24,000 nucleotides of DNA from assembly GCA_000307955.1 (NCBI GenBank), contig ALAO01000066.1, positions 3,935-27,934 of the forward strand. The letters run 5' to 3'. The position numbers were made by a program, and so were the translations under genes. The DNA comes from Solidesulfovibrio magneticus str. Maddingley MBC34. Its GTDB lineage: Bacteria > Desulfobacterota > Desulfovibrionia > Desulfovibrionales > Desulfovibrionaceae. Below, one piece after another: positions 15,207-22,026 of the stretch. The first letter of the stretch is position 1, and each line of letters starts with the position of its first letter. A model generated the notes under the pieces. That model did not search any database. It was not told the origin of the DNA and was given only the letters and a program-made list of their open reading frames with translations.

Positions 15207-17270
15207 ATGAGCTTCGACGCCTACCAGACAGAGAATAGCGTTATTGCGCGTGGTGAAGCCGTCCTGAAAGACCCGGCGTCTGCGGACATCGCCTCGGAAT
15301 ATGAGAGTTTGCTGTCGAGCTACAGGAAACTACTGAAGATTACGGACCGATTGGTCCGAATGAGCGATCGATTTGAAGAGCGGCTTAAAGTCGCCAACAT
15401 CACGATTCAGAAGCAGCAGCTGGAACTCGAAAAAGCCAACGCGCAATTGGCGGAATACGCCAATCATCTGGAAGACAAGGTCAAGGAGCGCACCAAGGAG
15501 CTTGTCGCGGCCCAGGCAAAACTTGAGCGCCTTGTCCGCCTCGGCATCGCCTTGTCCATGGAGCGCCGGCATGCCCGGTTCATGGAAATGATTGTGGATG
15601 GCCAGAGGGAGCTGGCCAATGCCGACGGCGGTATTCTTTTTTCCCGCGGCGAGGACGGCAACCTGGCCTGTGAAATCCTCCGTTTCGACAGTCTTGCGTT
15701 GCGTCAGGGCGGCCTGTCAGGGCAAAGCGCGCCCGCGATGCTGGTCGCCGTGCGGGATGCCGCCGGCCGGCCTTGCTATCACAACCCCATCGCCCATGCG
15801 CTGCTGACGGAAAGAACGATCAATATCCCGGATATCTACAGCTCCACCGACTTTGATTTCAGCGACCTGTTCACCTTTGACCAGCGCCATGCCTACCGAA
15901 CCCAGTCTTTTCTGGCCGTGCCGCTCAAGCCCCGGCAAGGCGAGGTCATGGGGGTCCTGGTGCTGCTCAATGCCCATGCAGGCGATGACGGGCGAGTGGA
16001 TGCCTTCAGCGAGGAAGCCCAGCGATTTATCGAGGTCTTGGCCTCCCAGGCTGCCGTCGCCCAGGACAACCAAAACCTTTTGGACACCCAGGCCAAGCTT
16101 CTTGACGCCATCATCAAGGTGATCGCCGGGGCTATTGATACGAAATCTCCCTACACCGGCGGGCACTGCGCCAGGGTCCCGGTCATCGGGGCCATGTTGG
16201 CCAAAAGCGCCTGCGAATGTCGCGACGGGACGTTTGCCGATTTTGATTTAAATGAAAGTGAATGGCACGAATTTCATCTCGCCTGCTGGTTGCATGATTG
16301 CGGAAAAGTGACAACACCAGAGCATATCGTTGACAAGGCAACCAAGCTTGAGACGGTATATAATAGAATTCATGAGATACGCATGCGTTTTGAAGTATTG
16401 CTTCGCGATGCCAAGATAGAATGTCTCGAAGCAATGCGCGACAAGAGTCAAGATGCAAATGCGAAGGAGGTGTTCGACCAGAAGGTGCAAGCCTTGTGCG
16501 ATGATTTTTCTTTCGTCGCCGCCTGCAATGTCGGGGGCGAATTTATGAGTAACGATAAAATCGAACGCTTGCAAAACATTGCCCAAAGGAAATGGCTGCG
16601 GCATTTTGATGATCGAATTGGTCTGTCCCAAGCCGAACTGCAGCGTTGTCCCCCGACGCAAGACACGGTGTTGCCGGTTGTCGAGCACCTTTTGGCCGAC
16701 AAGGCCGAGCATCTTTTTATGCGTCCCAAGAATGTCGGACTGCTCTTCGATCCAACAAATCATGGGATAAGCATGGACATCCCAAAACATCTGTACAATA
16801 TTGGAGAGCTTTACAACCTCAAGATTCCCCGTGGGACTCTAACCAGGGAAGAGTATTTCAAAATAAAAGAGCATACCATCTATACGATGATCATGCTCCA
16901 GCAGCTTCCTTTTCCGAAGGAGCTCGGGCGAGTGGCGCAAATCGCCGCAGCCCACCACGAGACTGTGGCTGGAACAGGATATCCTCGTGGGCTTGATGTA
17001 AAAGATCTGCCGGTGCAGTCCAGAATTCTGGCCATTTCCGATATTTTTGAAGCCCTGACCGCTTCGGACCGGCCTTATAAAAAAGCTAAAACACTTAACG
17101 AAGCAATTAAGATCATGAGTGTGATGAGGAATGAACAACATATTGACGCCGATCTTTTTGATCTATTTTTGACAACCGGCGTGTATAAGTGCTTCGCTGA
17201 GAAATATCTCCGTCCTGAGCAAATTGATGCGGTCAATATTGAATTATATCTCTCAAGAAGCATTGCTTGA
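15207..17270 (+). CDS. N-terminal helical domain - GAF - HD-GYP c-di-GMP phosphodiesterase (HD-GYP split by a large insertion)
   Basis: Start chosen at ATG 15207 (MSFDAY..), 4 nt after the siaC-like stop, matching the MGFDAY.. start of the neighbouring kinase. The track start at 15192 is a TTG. The GAF region is ..ADGGILFSRGEDG...SFLAVPLKPRQGEVMGVLVLLNA... HD-GYP motifs are SPYTGGHCARV, WLHDCGK (HD at 16293-16298), AAAHHETVAGTGYPRGL (HHE 16953-16961; GYP 16977-16985) and ISDIFEALTASDRPYKKA. Confidence 0.85.
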   Translation: MSFDAYQTENSVIARGEAVLKDPASADIASEYESLLSSYRKLLKITDRLVRMSDRFEERLKVANITIQKQQLELEKANAQLAEYANHLEDKVKERTKELVAAQAKLERLVRLGIALSMERRHARFMEMIVDGQRELANADGGILFSRGEDGNLACEILRFDSLALRQGGLSGQSAPAMLVAVRDAAGRPCYHNPIAHALLTERTINIPDIYSSTDFDFSDLFTFDQRHAYRTQSFLAVPLKPRQGEVMGVLVLLNAHAGDDGRVDAFSEEAQRFIEVLASQAAVAQDNQNLLDTQAKLLDAIIKVIAGAIDTKSPYTGGHCARVPVIGAMLAKSACECRDGTFADFDLNESEWHEFHLACWLHDCGKVTTPEHIVDKATKLETVYNRIHEIRMRFEVLLRDAKIECLEAMRDKSQDANAKEVFDQKVQALCDDFSFVAACNVGGEFMSNDKIERLQNIAQRKWLRHFDDRIGLSQAELQRCPPTQDTVLPVVEHLLADKAEHLFMRPKNVGLLFDPTNHGISMDIPKHLYNIGELYNLKIPRGTLTREEYFKIKEHTIYTMIMLQQLPFPKELGRVAQIAAAHHETVAGTGYPRGLDVKDLPVQSRILAISDIFEALTASDRPYKKAKTLNEAIKIMSVMRNEQHIDADLFDLFLTTGVYKCFAEKYLRPEQIDAVNIELYLSRSIA

Positions 17271-17323
17271 AAGAATAAGTGCATGGTCGAGCGGCCTGTC
17301 GGCTAGGACTGGAGGCAAGTCCG

Positions 17324-18643
17324 TTATTGGTGCTGTTCGTAAATGGGTAAACTGATCGTCACGGCGGTCCCTTCTTCTTCGGAAGAGGCGACGTCGATGG
17401 TTCCGCCCTGGGCCTTGGTCATGAGCCAGGCGCTATACGTCCCAAGCCCCGTTCCCCTGGATTTCCCGTGTGTTGCGTATTTCTTGAAAAAAGTGGAAAG
17501 GACATGATTCGGCAGCGGGGCCTTGTTCCTGATGCATAGCGAAGCCATTTGTTCGTTTTGTATGGTTATGGAGATGCACTCTGCCGGCAGCGCCGCCTCG
17601 ACGGCATTTTTCAGAAGATTCATCACAATATTATAGCATAGTATGTTGTTGCCGTTGACATATAGCCTTGCCGCTGTGTCCGGAGTGTTGCCTTCATGGG
17701 AAAAGGCGATGTTTGCCACGTCTTTTCCAAAAGAGAATTGTATATCCGCTATGACTCGTTTGGTGATTGCGACAATGTCAACAGGCGCTGGTAAAAATTG
17801 GTAGCTGCCGCGCTCCATTTGAAACATGTCGCGGGAGAGATCAATCTGTCGCAGCATGTCTTCCCCGGCGTTGCTTATATAGGAGAGGTACCGCTCCTGG
17901 TCTTGTGAGAGATTTCCTCCTTCGAAAATAAGGGGCGGCAAATTGATGATGGCATTGAGGGGGCCTCTTAGGTCATGTTGCATGATTCGTATGACGTCTT
18001 CCCGCAGTTGTTCCAATTCTTTTCGATGGGAAATGTCGTAAATACTCCAGAGAAAGCCTGATTTATGGTTTTGCGGGTTCAAAAGCTTTCCCGAAAGGCT
18101 CGCCCAGAAGTGGCCATTGTCGGCTGTGCGAAGCTGGCATTCAATGTTGACAATGCCTTGCCCATTCGGTGTTGGGAGTTTGTTGTTTGAGAGGAAGCAG
18201 CAGTCGTCCGAAGACAAGACGAATGCATCAAGCTTGTTGTTGCGCAGCATATGGGCTTCGCATCCAAGCATTTTTAATAATGTATCGTTGTGTCTATAGA
18301 CAAGGCCGTCGCAGTTGACAAGCGCTACACCGACTGTGCTGTTGTTGAAGATTGTTTCAAACTCAAGTATTTTTTCCTCAAGCAACTTCTCTCTTAATTG
18401 AAGGTCGCGATTTGAAGCGTCAAGGCATTCCTTTTGTTGTTTTATTGTCGTATTCGCTTCTTTTATGGCCGAGCCCATCTTATCGCTAATGCGAACAAGG
18501 CGTTGCATGGCGGAAAATATTTTTTCATATTCATTGCAAAGCGTGGTATACTCCAGAGCAAGGTCTGGCACTTCTGTCCGGTTTGCTATGCTCTTGGCAT
18601 GGGTGATAATTTCCTTTTCGTGCCGGTATGCATCAAAGCCCAT
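17324..18643 (-). CDS. Soluble sensor histidine kinase: shared N-terminal helical domain - PAS - DHp - HATPase_c
   Basis: 439 aa, GAGGTG SD. The N-terminus is paralogous to the HD-GYP protein. PAS: FNNSTVGVALVNCDG.....WSIYDISHRKELE. H-box: IMQHDLRGPLNAI. N box: NLLKNAVEA. G boxes: HGKSRGTGLGTYSA. No TM segments. No response regulator lies in the window. Confidence 0.85.
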   Translation of the reverse strand: MGFDAYRHEKEIITHAKSIANRTEVPDLALEYTTLCNEYEKIFSAMQRLVRISDKMGSAIKEANTTIKQQKECLDASNRDLQLREKLLEEKILEFETIFNNSTVGVALVNCDGLVYRHNDTLLKMLGCEAHMLRNNKLDAFVLSSDDCCFLSNNKLPTPNGQGIVNIECQLRTADNGHFWASLSGKLLNPQNHKSGFLWSIYDISHRKELEQLREDVIRIMQHDLRGPLNAIINLPPLIFEGGNLSQDQERYLSYISNAGEDMLRQIDLSRDMFQMERGSYQFLPAPVDIVAITKRVIADIQFSFGKDVANIAFSHEGNTPDTAARLYVNGNNILCYNIVMNLLKNAVEAALPAECISITIQNEQMASLCIRNKAPLPNHVLSTFFKKYATHGKSRGTGLGTYSAWLMTKAQGGTIDVASSEEEGTAVTISLPIYEQHQ

Positions 18644-19043
18644 CGTGTTTCACCTCATGATATCTTAACACTTCACCCCTGCGTGAGTGCATATTGTTTC
18701 TCGTCCAATTACGATGCCCCTGTTTGAGTGCCGACAAAACAGCGAACAGTCGTTCATGGGGTGTAGTGTCTGGCATTGGTAAATCGGACAGGTGGTGCTT
18801 TCTGGCGCTTGTTTCTGGAGCCGAGACCTAGCAGTGATCAGGCAAGGGCGATGGCTTTAGATTCGTCCAGTTCTGACCTTTGGTCAAGGGCGTTTTACTG
18901 AAGCGGCATCTGTTAACGCATAGGCTTTGCCGCCGGCTGCGGAGGGGGGGGCAGGCAGTGAATCGATGAATGGCTCGCGACCCAGGTCCTTCCGACTTTT
19001 CCGTGGGTAGGTGACCGGATATGGTCCGTCCCGGAGGGTGACC

Positions 19044-19340
19044 ATGAAGGACACGGACCTTTATTCTCGGATTCTGGGGCTGAGCGACCCGTGGTTTGTT
19101 GCCGATGTCGTGTTGGACACGGCGGGAGGCCGGGTGGACGTCCATGTTGATCATGCTGCCGGTGTCCGCGCCGTGGCAGACCCGGGGCTGCCCCTTGTCC
19201 CGGGCGGCATCCCTCCCCTGGCCCCGGGATTCGCGCGGCACACCCCCGTCCTGGGATTTTTGCCTGGCCCGCCCGGGGCTGGGTTCCCTTGGCTCGCTCT
19301 CGCCCAGGAATGGGGCCGTCCGGGGAAATGCACATTTTAA
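19044..19340 (+). pseudogene. ISL3-family transposase, N-terminal remnant (copy B), frameshifted and truncated
   Basis: ATG 19044 (GGAGGG SD) gives MKDTDLYSRILGLSDPWFVADVVLDTAGGRVDVHVDHAAGVR.., the characteristic ISL3 transposase N-terminus (..DT.LY..ILGL..PW.V..V.LD.....V.V.V.H....). The expected CPxCG zinc-finger and DDE regions are missing or out of frame, and the ORF ends after 98 codons. Confidence 0.55.
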
Positions 19341-19416
19341 AATATCGTTGCGTGGTGGAAATACCTGGGTGGCGCAGAATTACTTTACGGACGAAAGATT
19401 CGAGAATCGAAAATCT

Positions 19417-20433
19417 TCAACATATCTTGATGACAACTTTTCCCTTGGAATGCCCCTGAGCGAGGTACGAAAGGGCATCATTTGCCTGCTCGAATGGAAA
19501 CACCTTATCGATCACTGGCTGGATGCGCTCCGCTTCGAGGAGTTTGCCGATTTCAGCAAGTTGAGCGCCCTCGGGACGCATGAAGAGAAATTGGTAGGTG
19601 ACCTCTTGCTTTCTCGCAAGCCGCATAATCTTGCGGCTCATCATGCTGAAGACGAACGCCAGGAAGAAGTTCAGTCGTCGAGCACGAGCAAACGCTGCGT
19701 CCAGCGGCCCGACGAGAGAGACGATCAGGCCTCCCGGCTTGAGGATGCCGATGGATTTTTCAATCGCGTCGCCCCTGACGGTGCCTAGCACCGCGTCGTA
19801 GCCGCGCAGCACTTCCTCGAATTCTTGCTTCTTGTAGTCGACAACCTCGTCCGCGCCAAGGCGACGTACCAGTTCGACGTTGCCCGTGCTGGTGGTCGTT
19901 CCCACGACGGCGCCGAGGTGCTTTGCCAACTGGATCGCAAACGTGCCAATGCCGCCGGACCCTGCCGGGATGAACACTTTCTGACCGGCCTTGAGATTGG
20001 CACGTTCCTTCAGCGCTTGCCACGAGGTGAGTCCGACCATCGGGATCGATGCGGCTTGCACGAAGTCCAGATTTTTCGGCTTCAGCGCGGCAAAGCTCTC
20101 GGGCACTACCGCGAATTCCGCGATCGCACCCGTACCCAGGTCGAAGAGGTTGGCGAAGACGGCATCGCCTGGCTTGAAGCGCGTCACGTGACTGCCGATT
20201 TTTGTGACCACACCGGCCAGATCGCTTCCCAGGGTGGCGGGAAGCTGGAAATGGAGAATTGGCTTGAACTTCCCCGTCGGTATCATGTTGTCGATCGGGT
20301 TCACGCCGGCAGCGTGGACTTGCACCAGCAATTCGTTGGCCTTCAGCGCAGGCTGGGGAATGTTGGCGAACCCGATGTCGGGCGACTGGCCATAGCGTTT
20401 GAAGGTGAGTGCTTTCATTGTTGGAGTTTTCAT
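19417..20433 (-). CDS. MDR-superfamily NAD(P)H-dependent oxidoreductase (zeta-crystallin / quinone-reductase-like)
   Basis: 338 aa. ..ELLVQVHAAGVNPID.., ..GSDLAGVVTKIGSHVTRFKPGDAVF.., the cofactor-binding loop VFIPAGSGGIGTFAIQLAKHLGA, and a C-terminal ..GHSKGKVVIKI. There are no structural-zinc Cys ligands. Confidence 0.85.
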   Translation of the reverse strand: MKTPTMKALTFKRYGQSPDIGFANIPQPALKANELLVQVHAAGVNPIDNMIPTGKFKPILHFQLPATLGSDLAGVVTKIGSHVTRFKPGDAVFANLFDLGTGAIAEFAVVPESFAALKPKNLDFVQAASIPMVGLTSWQALKERANLKAGQKVFIPAGSGGIGTFAIQLAKHLGAVVGTTTSTGNVELVRRLGADEVVDYKKQEFEEVLRGYDAVLGTVRGDAIEKSIGILKPGGLIVSLVGPLDAAFARARRLNFFLAFVFSMMSRKIMRLARKQEVTYQFLFMRPEGAQLAEIGKLLEAERIQPVIDKVFPFEQANDALSYLAQGHSKGKVVIKIC

Positions 20434-20585
20434 CTATGGCCTTTCGTTGTTATGCGGTTTTATAGTGTGCATCCCCTGTTGGCCGCCGCCACGGGGGATT
20501 TTCAAGGTGCCGCCAGTGCAAATCTGCCGTCCCGGAGTGCCGCGTCAATTATAAGTATGGAAAAAGGATCTGTTTGTGGCACGCC

Positions 20586-21926
20586 CTAAGCAAAACACTT
20601 GCCGAAATCTTTGAACAACTGTATCGGGCCTTTGACGCGGATTCTTCTGAAGATGATTTCCTTTATTATTGACGTTTCCTTGTGAAGCACTCGCAACCAG
20701 GTTTTCGCATCCGCGTTCACCCGTACGTCCGGGATTCCTGCGTGCCCTCGTTGCACGCTAATTGTTTTGTCCTTGATGATCACTGTCGCCTCGCTCTGCT
20801 CGATTCCACTGAATGAAAAATGATACGTCGCAGCAAGTCCTGCCGAGCTGTGTCGCTGGAAGGCACGCGGCATGGATTCGAGAAAGGCGGTTACGGACGG
20901 CACCCTGATGCCGTTGCCCACCTGCTTTACCTGTTTATGCGGAAACGTCCGCAGAACATGGCTTTCGTCATCGGAGCCGGGGAGGACGTAGACCGTCTCG
21001 GTCTTTTGTTGGAGCGGCTTCACCACCTCCTCGATGAATTGCTTCTTGTCCGCAAGATACTGCGGGATCACCTCGTCGCCCGCAGGGCAGACGGCCATGC
21101 AATAGACCGACTTGTAGCACGGCCTGCAGGCGAGGCTTTGCCATTGCGAAACCGTTTCGGCATCGCTGACCCGGCCCCTGTACTCGACGGCGCTTTTACT
21201 GTCCGCGATATTTTCAACCCAATCCGTGAACCCGCCTATCAGTTCCCTATAGGTATGCGTCAGGCAGTTTACGGCGTTGAACACCCCGTCACGACCAATG
21301 GCTCCCGTTGGACACGCAGCCGCGCAGAGCTTGCAATCAAGACAAGGGTTATAATTGAGAGGGCTGCTGTATTCGTCTACCTCGGCATCGATAAGTACGG
21401 TATTGAGCAAAACAAAACTTCCAAACACTGGGTGAATGACGTTGCGGTGCAGTCCCATCATCCCGAGTCCGGCGGCAACGGCCACGGGTTTGTGCGACAC
21501 CACATGCATCTTCCCCAGCCACCGGTCCGTTTCCATGGGAAACCCGACCGCCGGCGTCACGGCGCGGATGCCTTTACGCTCAAGAGCCGATGCCAATGCT
21601 TGGGCGGTGTGGTTCAGCCGCTCCTCTGTTTGCTGCAGTTCGAGACTGGCGATGGAGCGGGCAGGGCTCCTCAGGTTCTCCCGGTTGATCCGTTTCACAA
21701 AACTGACGAGGGTCTTCGTCCAGGGGAACAGCGCGAGAATGTCCTCCTTCTCCTTGGCGAGCGAAGGCCGGTCGATTTCGACAATGCCGACATCGTCCGC
21801 GCCGCAGGCAAGGCACATCTCGCGCAGATCAGAGGCGTTCAATCTGGGAATGGGGGCCTGAACCGGGTTTGCGGCCTTTCGCTCCTGATAGCGTTTTACG
21901 GTCGGATGATCGTTCTGATTGGACAT
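20586..21926 (-). CDS. QueG/reductive-dehalogenase-like 4Fe-4S domain protein fused to a C-terminal SCP2 sterol-carrier-like domain
   Basis: Start chosen at ATG 21926 (GGAGA SD; MSNQNDHPTVKRY..); the track ORF begins 20 codons earlier. Ferredoxin-type motifs are CLDCKLCAAACP and C....CMAVCP. The C-terminal ~100 aa (..ATYHFSFSG...ATVIIKDKTISVQRGHAG.PDVRVNADAKTWLRVLHKE......RRIRVKGPIQLFKDFGKCF) look like an SCP2 fold. Confidence 0.65.
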   Translation of the reverse strand: MSNQNDHPTVKRYQERKAANPVQAPIPRLNASDLREMCLACGADDVGIVEIDRPSLAKEKEDILALFPWTKTLVSFVKRINRENLRSPARSIASLELQQTEERLNHTAQALASALERKGIRAVTPAVGFPMETDRWLGKMHVVSHKPVAVAAGLGMMGLHRNVIHPVFGSFVLLNTVLIDAEVDEYSSPLNYNPCLDCKLCAAACPTGAIGRDGVFNAVNCLTHTYRELIGGFTDWVENIADSKSAVEYRGRVSDAETVSQWQSLACRPCYKSVYCMAVCPAGDEVIPQYLADKKQFIEEVVKPLQQKTETVYVLPGSDDESHVLRTFPHKQVKQVGNGIRVPSVTAFLESMPRAFQRHSSAGLAATYHFSFSGIEQSEATVIIKDKTISVQRGHAGIPDVRVNADAKTWLRVLHKETSIIKEIIFRRIRVKGPIQLFKDFGKCFA

Positions 21927-22026
21927 GGCTTCTCCCCTGTGGCGGAATGGAAAGGAGGACGCGTGGCGCCGTCCGCTGCGGCAATCCACTCCCCGACGAT
22001 CAGGACGAAAGAGAACGGTTAAGCCC

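Noticed and set aside
17271-17323. Bidirectional terminator between the convergent HD-GYP and kinase genes
   Set aside because: Only a weak 5-bp hairpin (ggact/agtcc) is present, with no T-tract on either strand. That is not enough to call.
8651-19340. Reading the accessory cluster as a phage-defence system
   Set aside because: No nuclease, helicase, methyltransferase, TIR/SIR2, Cas, toxin-antitoxin or abortive-infection-type domains were recognised. Every product has signal-transduction motifs.
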